Source of the DNA: an uncultured delta proteobacterium
GTDB lineage: Bacteria; Desulfobacterota; Desulfobacteria; Desulfobacterales; QNYZ01
Assembly (NCBI GenBank): GCA_963783425.1
Contig: CAWANO010000010.1
Location: forward strand, 613,472-677,471
Direction: 5' to 3'
DNA: 64,000 nt
Below, one piece after another: positions 1 through 9,468 of the stretch (the stretch's first letter is position 1; every line of letters begins with the position of its first letter). Under the pieces are notes generated by a model that was given only the letters and a program-made list of their open reading frames with translations, searched no databases and was not told the DNA's origin. The position numbers were made by a program, and so were the translations under genes.

Positions 1-1
1 T

Positions 2-1306
2 GGATCGCTACCGCTTAAAAAACTCGATCGACAGGTGGCAGGGTATCGCTATGTGCCCTTTAATCGATTTGCCTCAACGGCTGTTCGGGATTTGATCTTC
101 CGGGAGGCCAGTGCGGACTTTGTATTGTGTATGGACTCGCATGTGCTGCTGTACCCGGGTGCCATAAAAAATCTGATTCAATATTATGACCAGAATCCAC
201 AAACCCCCGATTTGTTGCACGGCCCCATGTTAAGCGACAGCCAGAAAACGGTTTCCACTCACTTTGAACCGACTTGGGGCGCCGGGATGTATGGTCAATG
301 GGGAACAGACATTCGGGGTGAAGATTCAAACGGAGATCCCTTTGAAATCCAGATGCAGGGGCTCGGCCTATTTACCTGCCGCAAGGTCTCCTGGCCTGGA
401 TTTAACTCACGATTCTCCGGCTTTGGCGGTGAAGAAGGGTACATACACGAAAAATTCCGCCAACAGGGCGGAAAGGTGATCTGCCTTCCCTTTCTTCGCT
501 GGCTGCACCGCTTTTTAAGACCGATGGGGGTCCAATATCCCCTAAACTGGAAAGATCGGATTCGTAATTACTACATCGGATTTACCGAGCTGGGTATGGA
601 CACCTCGGAAATCGAAGCCCATTTTTCAGAACATCTAGGAAAGAATGCCTTTACAGCCCTAAAAGATGAAATCACGGCCGAAATCGAAAGCCCATTTTTC
701 TATTTTGATGCCATCTACTGTATCAATCTTGAAAGTGATGTCGGGCGTTGGGAAAAAATAATGCGCCGCTTCGAGCGCCTCGGTATTGACCATCGCATCC
801 GTCGATTCAGGGCCGTTGAAACACCGGGGAACCACCACATCGGCTGCGCCTTGTCCCATCGGAGCATCATTGCCGAAGCTCGATGGTTGGGATTAAAAAA
901 TGTGTTGGTTTTTGAGGATGACGCTGTTTTCTTAAAAGATGCGCTAAATCTGATGGAAAGAACCATCGCGGAGTTGAAAAAAAAAGATTGGACCCTCTTT
1001 TACCTGGGCGGCCATCGCTGGGAAGCGAACCACCCTCTGGCGCCGGGATGTCAACACCTGCGCCGTCCCGACCATCGGCTAACCTGTACGCATGCGCTGG
1101 CCTACCATCACACCATTTTTTCCAAAATATTGTCAGATCTTCCGGATGATATTCCAAGCATGCAACGATGGCTTGAAACAGAACACGGCATTGATCAATA
1201 CCTGCGTTATATCGACCGCCGTTTCCTTGCCGAACCGGTTGTTGCGTCACAACCCAGTATTCTCGAGCAGGAAGATCGAAAACACAAAAGCCTTTTCACC
1301 TTGTGA
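2..1306 (+). CDS. two-domain glycosyltransferase (GT2-like N-terminal half plus GT25-like C-terminal half); 5' end probably off-window
   Basis: The reading frame is open from nt 2 through the listed GTG at 35, so the gene probably starts upstream of the window. The C-terminal half opens with the GT25-style 'FYFDAIYCINLE...RW' segment and has the acidic 'VFEDDAVF' motif. The N-terminal half looks GT-A-like ('FVLCMDSHVLL'). Confidence 0.6.
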   Translation, partial: GSLPLKKLDRQVAGYRYVPFNRFASTAVRDLIFREASADFVLCMDSHVLLYPGAIKNLIQYYDQNPQTPDLLHGPMLSDSQKTVSTHFEPTWGAGMYGQWGTDIRGEDSNGDPFEIQMQGLGLFTCRKVSWPGFNSRFSGFGGEEGYIHEKFRQQGGKVICLPFLRWLHRFLRPMGVQYPLNWKDRIRNYYIGFTELGMDTSEIEAHFSEHLGKNAFTALKDEITAEIESPFFYFDAIYCINLESDVGRWEKIMRRFERLGIDHRIRRFRAVETPGNHHIGCALSHRSIIAEARWLGLKNVLVFEDDAVFLKDALNLMERTIAELKKKDWTLFYLGGHRWEANHPLAPGCQHLRRPDHRLTCTHALAYHHTIFSKILSDLPDDIPSMQRWLETEHGIDQYLRYIDRRFLAEPVVASQPSILEQEDRKHKSLFTL

Positions 1307-1339
1307 CCTGATTCCCTTGCAACGATTCACCAATGACCG

Positions 1340-2641
1340 TTGATCATTAACAACCATAAAAACATGCCTGAAAATATTTGCCGGACATACGGGCTGTCAG
1401 CCACAAGGCAAGCCCGCATGAGTGCCCACCATCAATATAAGCGCTTGTCCGATGCGAAAACAGGGTATTGTGGCGAAAATCTATCCAGGCGACTGCTCCG
1501 TTTGATGGGCCTGTGCGCAAGGCCTGTGGGCCATCGCGCCATGTATGATCAGCTTTCGCAACAAACCGCCGCCATTGATTCATGGAATGCACTGCCTCAC
1601 ATTGCCGAGCAGCACGGCATGGCCCCGCTGGTCTACTATCACCTGCGCGAGGCCGGGATTAATATTCCCACCAGTGTAAATCGAATCTTAAAAAGCGCCT
1701 ATATGACCCATCGTTTTGCCAATCGCCAACGGATGGCCGCGCTCGAGGAGATCGCCGCGGCTTATCGGCAGGCCGGCATTGAGATGCTCGCGCTAAAAGG
1801 TGCCGCCCTGGCCAATACCGTCTACCCCGTCACCGCGCTGCGCTGCATGTGCGATCTCGATCTGATGGTGGCCGACCGGAAGGCAGATGAGGCCCGCGAG
1901 CGCCTTAAAAAAATCGGGTTCAACATCCACGAAGAAGCCAGTGAGCAACCCCGGCCGCTCTCTCACCACTATCCCCCGTCCATACGCCGGCACAACGGTG
2001 TGGAGGTGATGGTCGAGCTGCATCACCACCTTTACAGCATTTCAAAACTGATACCGACCGTTACCCTCGATAGATTGCAGCCCGATGCCATTTCATTTGA
2101 TCTGGGAAACACCCGCATTGATACGTTGGGGCCGGAACAGATGCTATGGCACGCCTACATTCACGCTGTCGGCCGGCTTCAGCTGGTGGAACAGTTTCGA
2201 TTGATCCATGTGGCTGATCTGGTCGGGATCGTTGAAACCTATGCCGGCCGGATCGACTGGCAGCAATTCAAACATCGATACCCTCAGACCTATAACGCCC
2301 TATCGATGCTTCACATTTTTACGCCCTGGCCGGACCACATCAAGGCGATACTGCCCTTTGACACGCAGCGGTCATTCCCATTTAAGCACTTCCCGCGCCT
2401 GCCAAGGGCTATGGCGGTCAGCTCGAGAGACCGTCAATCATGGACGTTGCGCTTCATGATGGACATGGTGATGCCGCCCGACTGGTGGGCCTGCTTTTTC
2501 CAGGGAAGTGATCCGTGGAAATTCACCCTTTTCAAGCATCGGTTGGCGTATCCCGCCCGCCGGCTGACCGCTTTTGGCGGGAATTTTTCCGGGTTTTGTG
2601 TTAGGAAACTCTATCGAAGGTTTACGGCATTGAAACGCTGA
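1340..2641 (+). CDS. nucleotidyltransferase family protein (uncharacterised NTP_transf_5-like)
   Basis: 'AEQHGMAPLVYYHL...GIEMLALKGAALANTVYP...RCMCDLDLMVADRKADEARERLKKIGF' matches the pattern of the uncharacterised nucleotidyltransferase family that co-occurs with PqqD and HPr-kinase-like genes. The exact start is uncertain. Confidence 0.7.
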   Translation: MIINNHKNMPENICRTYGLSATRQARMSAHHQYKRLSDAKTGYCGENLSRRLLRLMGLCARPVGHRAMYDQLSQQTAAIDSWNALPHIAEQHGMAPLVYYHLREAGINIPTSVNRILKSAYMTHRFANRQRMAALEEIAAAYRQAGIEMLALKGAALANTVYPVTALRCMCDLDLMVADRKADEARERLKKIGFNIHEEASEQPRPLSHHYPPSIRRHNGVEVMVELHHHLYSISKLIPTVTLDRLQPDAISFDLGNTRIDTLGPEQMLWHAYIHAVGRLQLVEQFRLIHVADLVGIVETYAGRIDWQQFKHRYPQTYNALSMLHIFTPWPDHIKAILPFDTQRSFPFKHFPRLPRAMAVSSRDRQSWTLRFMMDMVMPPDWWACFFQGSDPWKFTLFKHRLAYPARRLTAFGGNFSGFCVRKLYRRFTALKR

Positions 2642-2679
2642 TTCTTGAACAACAATCATCTGGATTTGGACAACACCCC

Positions 2680-2970
2680 ATGACTTCGCCGGAATCAATC
2701 GCCTTAAACGATGTGCCCGACACCAACACCGGTTATCGCCTGGAAGAGTTTGACGGAGAACTGGTCCTCTATCACAGCACCGCCACCCAGGTGCTCTACC
2801 TCAACGAGACGGCGGCCCTGGTGTGGCGCTTGTGCGATGGCAAACGCACCGTGGAAACCATTTGTGCCCTCCTGAAAGAGGCCTATCCAAACACGGCCGA
2901 TCAAATCGAACACGATGTCGCCGCCACCGTGGCCGACCTGGTTCACTCGGGCGCGCTGACCCTGCGATGA
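2680..2970 (+). CDS. PqqD-family peptide-binding (RRE-type) protein
   Basis: This 96-aa protein contains 'LVLYHSTATQVLYLNETAALVWRLCDGKRTVETICALLKEAYP...IEHDVAATVADLVHSGAL', the typical PqqD winged-helix pattern. Its stop overlaps the next start (ATGA). Confidence 0.8.
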   Translation: MTSPESIALNDVPDTNTGYRLEEFDGELVLYHSTATQVLYLNETAALVWRLCDGKRTVETICALLKEAYPNTADQIEHDVAATVADLVHSGALTLR

Positions 2971-3860
2971 CCATTTCCGGCACCTGGACGGTCCAATTTG
3001 CCGGCTGCAAAGTAACGATCGCATGGCGGGGCGATGCCGCGCCTGCTATTCTCGGGTTTCTGTTTGGCACGCCAAATGGCACTGATGCCGATTCGGTCAT
3101 CGGGCATTTTCAAATTATTGCCGATACCGGGCAGCAGCAGTTCGAAATTTTTCAAAGTGGCCGCAGCATCTATGCTGATGCTTCAGCCGGCACGACCGCG
3201 GGCGTTTTATTGGATAAGGTGGTCACGGAGCTGGCGGGGGCCTGTTTGATGGGGCCGGTTTTTCATGCCGGCGCGCTGGTCACAAGGCGTGGTTTGGGGT
3301 TGCTTTTACCCGGTAATTCGGGCGCCGGCAAATCGACCCTGGCGGCCACGCTGACACAGAGGGGTTGGCGCTATCTAACCGACGAGCTGGTCTGTATCGC
3401 TGACGGCAGCGACACTATTCAGGGCTTTGCACGCCCGATACATCTCAAACACCCGGCAGACGGCATCTTTGCGCACCTTTGCCCCGCCAGCGACCGTCAA
3501 ATAAGCCCGGCGCCGGATGGCTGTATGATAAGCGCCCAGGGACTGCTCATCGACGCGGCCCTGCTCAACTCTCCCTGCCATGGTGGCCCTTCCCCCGCCG
3601 GCCTGATCGTCTTTCCCCAATTCGTACCGGAAGCAGCCTGCCATATTGAGCCGCTGACGCCGGCCATGGCCTGCGCCCGGCTGATGGGCGCGGTGGTCAA
3701 TGCCCGCAACCTTCGCGGCCATGGTTTGGAGGAAATATCGCGCATCGCTCGCCGGGTACCCGCCTATGCAATGCGTTTCGGCGATCTCGAGCATGGCGTT
3801 CAATCCATCGACGAATTGGCGGTTTCGCTCATCCCGGAAATCTCACCTTCGCTAAGGTGA
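2967..3860 (+). CDS. HPr kinase-related (HprK-like) P-loop kinase
   Basis: The ATG at 2967 overlaps the PqqD stop, so the track ORF beginning at 2823 is an out-of-gene extension. 'VFHAGALVTRRGLGLLLPGNSGAGKSTLAATLTQRGWRYLTDELV' resembles the HprK C-terminal catalytic domain with its Walker A motif. Confidence 0.7.
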   Translation: MTISGTWTVQFAGCKVTIAWRGDAAPAILGFLFGTPNGTDADSVIGHFQIIADTGQQQFEIFQSGRSIYADASAGTTAGVLLDKVVTELAGACLMGPVFHAGALVTRRGLGLLLPGNSGAGKSTLAATLTQRGWRYLTDELVCIADGSDTIQGFARPIHLKHPADGIFAHLCPASDRQISPAPDGCMISAQGLLIDAALLNSPCHGGPSPAGLIVFPQFVPEAACHIEPLTPAMACARLMGAVVNARNLRGHGLEEISRIARRVPAYAMRFGDLEHGVQSIDELAVSLIPEISPSLR

Positions 3861-3930
3861 AACCTATTCTGTTTTTTTGGAAAGATTTCATGAACTTTCC
3901 GGGATAGATAGTCCCACCTGGGTTCTTCGA

Positions 3931-5019
3931 TCAATCCAGGTCGTCGTTCTCTTGCATGCCAGATACCGCCGGCAGAATATCCTTGAAGGCCACGGCGTAG
4001 ATATCCCACACCGTCACAAACAGCGCCGCCACCACCGGCCCGATGATAAAGCCCAAAATACCAAACATCATCAGGCCACCCAAGGTGGCAAAGAGGATCA
4101 TCAGATCATGCATTTCGGTGTCACGACCCACCAGACGCGGCCTAAGAAAATTATCGAGACTGCCCACCACCAGGCCGCAAAAAATCGCCAGGCCGACACC
4201 TTTCAACCAACTGCCCGAGGCCGCCAGAATAATCGCTGCCGGGACCCAAACCAGGGCCGATCCGATACCGGGTATGATCGAGAGCACTGTCATTATGGTT
4301 CCCCAAAAAACGGCACTGGGAATACCCGCCACGGCAAAGGCCGTCCCGGCCAAAGTCCCTTGCAGAACCCCGATCACGGCCGTACCCTTGATGGTGGCGC
4401 GGGTGACCGATGTAAAGCGGTTGAGCATCCGGCGTTCATCCTGATCTTCCAGCGGCAGGTAATAAAGAATTTTGTTGAGCAGGCGCTCGCCGTCGGACAA
4501 AAAGAAAAACATTGTGTAGAGGAAAATAAATAGCATGAACACGAAGTTCACCGTGCCCAGTGTGGCCGAGGAGAGGCCGTCGATTAAAAAGCGGCTGGTG
4601 GCCCCTACCGCCTCGCCCGCTTTTTGGTAGATCACATCGCGGTAGGGTTCTATTTGCTCATAGAAGGGAAGGGAGCTTAAGAACTCGGAAAGGTGGGCCG
4701 GCTCGGCGATCTGTGCCTGAACCCAGGGCGTCACCGTTTGGCCCACCTTGATGGCCTGGCTGGTGACGATGCCCAGGAGAAAACCGGCAGGAATCAACAG
4801 TACGAAAACATACACCAGCAAAGTGGCCAGCGACGCCAAGCCCCGGTTCCCCCCCAGCCACCGTACCAAACGGCTGTACAAGGGGTGCGCCAGGGACGAA
4901 AAAATACCGGCCATCAGCACGGCCATCAAAAACCTTCGGATCATCACCACGAACACTGCCGAAATAAAGAGAACCAAAATCAGCAGCACCAGTTTGCCGA
5001 CCGCTTCGCGTTTCATCAA
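3931..5019 (-). CDS. AI-2E family transporter (PerM/UPF0118)
   Basis: It is a multi-pass membrane protein. 'GTAVIGVLQGTLAGTAFAVAGIPSAVFWGTIMTVLSIIPGIGSALVWVPAAIIL' is the conserved AI-2E core. The start overlaps the upstream gene's stop (ATGA at 5016-5019). Confidence 0.85.
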   Translation of the reverse strand: MMKREAVGKLVLLILVLFISAVFVVMIRRFLMAVLMAGIFSSLAHPLYSRLVRWLGGNRGLASLATLLVYVFVLLIPAGFLLGIVTSQAIKVGQTVTPWVQAQIAEPAHLSEFLSSLPFYEQIEPYRDVIYQKAGEAVGATSRFLIDGLSSATLGTVNFVFMLFIFLYTMFFFLSDGERLLNKILYYLPLEDQDERRMLNRFTSVTRATIKGTAVIGVLQGTLAGTAFAVAGIPSAVFWGTIMTVLSIIPGIGSALVWVPAAIILAASGSWLKGVGLAIFCGLVVGSLDNFLRPRLVGRDTEMHDLMILFATLGGLMMFGILGFIIGPVVAALFVTVWDIYAVAFKDILPAVSGMQENDDLD

Positions 5020-5558
5020 TCACGCTCCAATCGCCGATCAATGGCCGTGTTGATCCTGTGGGCGACGGCCTCGGCCGTTATCAATTGTGATGCACTGGTC
5101 ATGGCATCTACGCCGCTGACACCGCTTTGCCAGTTGGGGTTGGCGGCCGTCACCAGCATAATGACGCGCTCTTTATGATCGGTCTGGCTTAAAAACTGCG
5201 CCACGCTGGGTCGCAGATGCCAGGCGAAACAGCTGTTTAAAACGACCACGGCGCTATAGCTTGCGGCATCTTCATGGGGCAAATCGGTCACGTCGACGAT
5301 GCGGGTATAGATGGACGGCTCCTGCAAGTGAGCCAAAACCTGCTCCATCACGGCCTGCTTGTAGGGCGTCTGCTCCGTGGCGATAAGCACCTTGCGCGCG
5401 CTGTCGGGCGCGCCCATGATGCGGGTGTCTACAGGCGGTCGCAGGGCACATGCGCTGATGGCAAAAAGCAGCGCCAACACAACTGCCGCACCGGCACCCC
5501 TTCGGAATTGACACAACCCGCCCTGGGTCGCACGAAAGCCGCGTTGTGCGTAAGCCAT
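5016..5558 (-). CDS. putative lipoprotein, function unknown
   Basis: The internal ATG at 5558 gives a signal peptide with the lipobox 'LLFAISAC'. The longer track ORF (to 5732) would overlap the end of tolC. I recognise no domain; the alpha/beta pattern is flavodoxin-like at best. Confidence 0.5.
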   Translation of the reverse strand: MAYAQRGFRATQGGLCQFRRGAGAAVVLALLFAISACALRPPVDTRIMGAPDSARKVLIATEQTPYKQAVMEQVLAHLQEPSIYTRIVDVTDLPHEDAASYSAVVVLNSCFAWHLRPSVAQFLSQTDHKERVIMLVTAANPNWQSGVSGVDAMTSASQLITAEAVAHRINTAIDRRLERD

Positions 5559-5718
5559 CTTAAGCCCCTCATTAAGAGAGCCTGTTTCAAAACGTTTCAG
5601 TTTGTCCAAGGTCAAGGATGGTGCCAATTTTAACCACAGGAATACTGCTCGTATTTCGAGGATTAAAATTGGCGCCAGACGCGAAGATTGGGCAAAATGG
5701 GACGTTTTGAAATTGGCT

Positions 5719-7122
5719 CTAAGGTTGTGCATAGTCGCTCAATATCTCGCCGGTTTCGACCTTGAGATCAAACCAGGCTTGACGCAAAGCCACCCGCGCC
5801 TGGGCCAACCGGCCACGGGCCGTGTTGAGGTCGCGTTGGGCTTCGTTAAGCCGCACCAGGGTGCCCTCGCCGGATTTGTACTCCAGTTCCACCAGATCCC
5901 GGTTCTGGGTCACCAAGACAGCATTTTCGGTCTGCAAGTTCACCTGTTGCTGCGCCTCGATCACCCGGGCGATGGCCGTGCGCACATCGGCCGACACCCT
6001 GATTTGCAACCGGTTCAGCTCGCTTTCGATCTCCCGGCGCGCAGCCCTCGCCTCGCCGATGCGGGCCCGGTCGAGACCGCCGGCGAAAAGGTTATAATTG
6101 AGTTCCAGGCCGATGGAGCTGCCGAACTCCTCGCTCTCGAAAGCCGGGTCTTCCTGGCGTAAACCATTGACCCCCGCCAGCAGGTGCACCGATGGGTAGT
6201 AGCCTGAACGGGCCACCTGCACGGCGGCTTTAGCTTGCTGAACCGCCCAGAGGGCCTGGGCGATGTCGGGCCGGTTTTCGGCCGCCAGTGATACCGCCGC
6301 GGCGGTATCGGGCGTCGCCATATCAGTGGCGGTTTCGTCGGTTAGTGGTGCCAGCTGCAATGCGGGTGACAAATTCACATCCTCGAGACCCAACACCGCC
6401 GCCAGGGTGTAGAGCGAGGTTTCCCAAGCGCGTCGTGCCTCAATCAGAAACGACTGGGCTGAGTTGACACGAACCTTGAAGTTGAGGGTGTCGCTCAAAG
6501 GGCCCACCCCCACTTGATAGCGCGCCTGGGCGTCTTCGAGCTGCCGGCGATTGAAGCGATCGTCGGCTTCGGCGATTGCGATGGTCTCTTGGGCCAACAG
6601 CGCCCCGTAATAGGCCCGCGCCACGGCGGCCAGGATCAATCGCCGCGCTTCCCGGCTTCCGGCCTGGCTGCGCACCAGGCCAAATTGCGCCTCGGCCACG
6701 CGGAATTTGCGCGCGAAACCGTCAAAAGCCACCCAGGTGGCGTACAGTCCGGCATCGAAAATGTTGTCCGGGTCATCGATTTGCGCATTGGGGTCAAACA
6801 GCCGCGCCTGCAACAGTTGCTGCTCATAGGATCGATCCGAGAGCCACACCCGGTTTCCGGCCGCGTTGGCATCCAGGCGCGGCCAATATTGGGATCGCGT
6901 CTGCAGCAACTGCTGTTCGGCCTGGGCCACGCGCGCCCGCGCTGCCGCCAGGGAGGGGTTGGCGGCCAGGGCCAGCCGGCAGGCCGTATCGAGGTCGAGG
7001 AGCGTTATCTGGCTTAAGTCGCCAGTTTCATTCGCTGATTCGGAAGCGGTCTGCGCACTGGCTGCCGTGGCCACCAGCCAGACGGCCATAAGAATCAATA
7101 GATCAAAAGTTCGTTTTCGCAT
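5719..7122 (-). CDS. TolC-family outer-membrane efflux protein
   Basis: It has a signal peptide ('LILMAVWLVATAASAQT'). Duplicated coiled-coil/barrel repeats carry typical OMF motifs ('YWPRLDA', 'YYPSVHL', 'LNEAQRDL'). Confidence 0.85.
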   Translation of the reverse strand: MRKRTFDLLILMAVWLVATAASAQTASESANETGDLSQITLLDLDTACRLALAANPSLAAARARVAQAEQQLLQTRSQYWPRLDANAAGNRVWLSDRSYEQQLLQARLFDPNAQIDDPDNIFDAGLYATWVAFDGFARKFRVAEAQFGLVRSQAGSREARRLILAAVARAYYGALLAQETIAIAEADDRFNRRQLEDAQARYQVGVGPLSDTLNFKVRVNSAQSFLIEARRAWETSLYTLAAVLGLEDVNLSPALQLAPLTDETATDMATPDTAAAVSLAAENRPDIAQALWAVQQAKAAVQVARSGYYPSVHLLAGVNGLRQEDPAFESEEFGSSIGLELNYNLFAGGLDRARIGEARAARREIESELNRLQIRVSADVRTAIARVIEAQQQVNLQTENAVLVTQNRDLVELEYKSGEGTLVRLNEAQRDLNTARGRLAQARVALRQAWFDLKVETGEILSDYAQP

Positions 7123-7788
7123 GGCAATGTCCTGTTATGAATTGTCGCTTGGCTCAGCCATAAACCGGGATATCAACCGGTCGCGTCGTTGCTGTTTATA
7201 GAATCGCGCTTGCGGTCCCGCACCGATATATAACGCAATCCGCTGCAACCGCGGTCCCAATGGCGCAGGTGGCGCCCGCACAGATTCAAACCGCTCGGAA
7301 TAATCAACAGGCTCGATATCAGGATGATCCCGGACAGCCTTGTGAAGGAAACCATCGCGGGCGGCGCACACGAACGGAACATGGTTGCCACAATAATGAA
7401 AATTCCCTCAATCGCCAAGGGAAATTCCACCGAAAGTCGTTAATATGGCTAAAAATGAAATGGGACGAAATTAAGGGGGATGTCGATCCGATTTCCGGTT
7501 TTTTTCACTTGCGCTTTCTGGATAACCGCGAAAGCAAATTCGATCTTTCACCCAACCGTTAAGGCTTTACCAGAGCCGGCGCGCCAGCGCAAGCCGGGCG
7601 TGTAGGCGCCCGCCGCGCCTGTGGGCCGCCAGTAAAGCAACATCGCTTGACGTGGCAACCGCTCTATTTTACGATGACAATTGACGGCAGGCAGCCGTGC
7701 GGCGCGGGATTTTGAACCTGACAGTATACCCCCTGATCGATAGATCGTTTTCCGGTCAACCATCTTATTAGGAAAGGAGTGATCCGAT

Positions 7789-8943
7789 ATGAGCGTTTCC
7801 TCGTTTAGTGCCATGGAACTGTTTGATTGGCTTTGCGACCCCGCCAAGATCGATTTTCTGCTGCTCGATGTGCGCAACCAAGAGGAGTTCGGGCGCTTTA
7901 AGGTCGAAGGGCCCTTTGATTTCGAGATGCTCAACGTGCCCTATATGGAGTTTATCGAGCATGAAAAAGAGAGCGTGGCGCGGGTGCCCAAACGCGACAA
8001 GATCCGCGTGGTCTGCGCCAAGGAGGGGTCCTCCAGGTTCGTGGCCGAGATTCTCGAAAACCACGGCTACAGCGACCTGGCCAACCTGCAGGTGGGCATC
8101 AAGGCCTGGGGCAACCTGCTGGCGCCCATCAAGGTGGCCGAGACCGGCACCTACGGCCTCTACCAGTTCCGGCGCCCGGGCAAAGCTTCGTGCAGCTACG
8201 CGCTGACCTGCGGCAAGGAGATGATGGTCTTTGATCCGGCCAAGAACATCGCCGCCTACCAGCGCTTTGCCGACGAGCGCGGCCTGGCCATCATCAAGAC
8301 CGTCGAAACCCACCGCCAGGCCGACTATATCTCCGGCAGCCCGGCCCTCAACAAAACTACCGGGGCCGAGATCATCGCGCCCACGGGCGATTTCGAGGAG
8401 GCGCGCTTTCGCTACACCCCGGCCGTGGACGGCGAACCGATCGCCTTCAGCCAGGCGGGGCCCGCGGTGCGCATCGTGCACACCCCCGGCCACACCCCGG
8501 GCAGCACCTCCTACCTGATCGACAACCGATACCTCATCACCGGCGACACGGTTTTTATTTTCAGCATCGGCCGGCCCGACCTGGGCGGCATGGCCGATGC
8601 CTGGTCGAAAATGCTCTTTGATACCGTTCAGAACAAGATTCTCAAGCTCGACGACGCCACCGTCATTTTACCCGGCCACTACATGGACTGGAAAGAGGCC
8701 AATGATGACCTGATCTTCGCCGAAACCATCGGCAAGATCAAAGAGATCAACCAGGAGATTTACAACATCGACACGGAAGCCGATTTTTATCAATACATCA
8801 AGGCCAATATGCGCAAACAGCCCGAGGAGTATGCCAAGATCCGTCAGATCAACGCCGGCCTGATCGAGGTCGACCCCGAAGAACAGGATATCATGGACCT
8901 GGGCAAGAACGAGTGCGCCGCCAGCGCAATGGCACAAAGCTAA
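7789..8943 (+). CDS. rhodanese domain plus MBL-fold metallo-hydrolase (persulfide-dioxygenase-like)
   Basis: AAGGAG RBS lies upstream. The N-terminal rhodanese domain has the Cys loop 'VVCAKEGSSRF'. The MBL core includes 'ETHRQADYISG' and 'VHTPGHTPGS'. Confidence 0.8.
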   Translation: MSVSSFSAMELFDWLCDPAKIDFLLLDVRNQEEFGRFKVEGPFDFEMLNVPYMEFIEHEKESVARVPKRDKIRVVCAKEGSSRFVAEILENHGYSDLANLQVGIKAWGNLLAPIKVAETGTYGLYQFRRPGKASCSYALTCGKEMMVFDPAKNIAAYQRFADERGLAIIKTVETHRQADYISGSPALNKTTGAEIIAPTGDFEEARFRYTPAVDGEPIAFSQAGPAVRIVHTPGHTPGSTSYLIDNRYLITGDTVFIFSIGRPDLGGMADAWSKMLFDTVQNKILKLDDATVILPGHYMDWKEANDDLIFAETIGKIKEINQEIYNIDTEADFYQYIKANMRKQPEEYAKIRQINAGLIEVDPEEQDIMDLGKNECAASAMAQS

Positions 8944-8987
8944 TAAGCGCGCACCGGATATTTCGTCGCCAGGACGCATAATAAAAT

Positions 8988-9018
8988 CGGGCCGCAGAAC
9001 TGACTGTTCTGCGGCCCG
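8988..9018. terminator. 13-bp perfect stem-loop downstream of the MBL gene
   Basis: The sequence is CGGGCCGCAGAAC-tgact-GTTCTGCGGCCCG. An A-rich tract sits on the 5' side, giving a U-tract on the minus strand. There is no clear T-tail on the plus strand. Confidence 0.4.
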
Positions 9019-9468
9019 GCAGTGACATCGGCTTCAGGCCATGCCGCCGGCGTCTGGACGTTACTTCGGCCATGGATAAAATCTTCCGGCAGCCCACGAC
9101 CGCTCCGGTTTTGGTACCGATGCTTGAGCCGTTGCTGCTCGATGAGTAGCGTAAGGGCGCGGACCGATCGCAGATTGGCCCGGCAGGCGTGAGAAACCGC
9201 CCGTCAAATTTCATCGTGTTTGCGGGCAGCCGTAATGATTGGGATGACTCGTGTGGCGTATGATTTTAGCGGGAAAAGGGTAAGTACAAACCGCGGCGGG
9301 AAAATAAAAATTCGACTCTCCGTTGGGTGCCCGTTTGAGTGGATAGCAACACCCTCGGGAGCAGCCGAATTCCGATCTTAAATAATCATTTAAAGAATTT
9401 AAGTTGCCGGCTGAATATGCCAATTTAAAAAAACAGGAAACTTAAATCCAAGCAGCAACTCGCACTCC

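Noticed and set aside
2823-2966. N-terminal extensions of track ORFs, covering 2823 for the HprK-like gene, 33683 for rng, 5732 for the lipoprotein, 41409 for the propeller lipoprotein, 45977 for the BMP protein, 49794 for the permease, 61720 for hisS and 37985 for jag
   Set aside because: These extensions overlap the preceding gene out of frame and have junk-like composition. Internal starts give proper RBS spacing, signal peptides or canonical N-termini.
7135-7562. Small ORFs (78-100 aa) in the 666-bp spacer between tolC and the rhodanese-MBL gene
   Set aside because: They have no RBS and no recognisable motifs. They overlap each other in different frames and have non-coding-like composition.
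8891-9423. Minus-strand ORFs of 107 aa and 70 aa (the latter Cys-containing) downstream of the Tyr-rich gene
   Set aside because: The first overlaps the 3' end of the MBL gene. Neither has a start context or motif support. They were considered as possible partner or precursor genes for the Tyr-rich protein, but I found no evidence for this.
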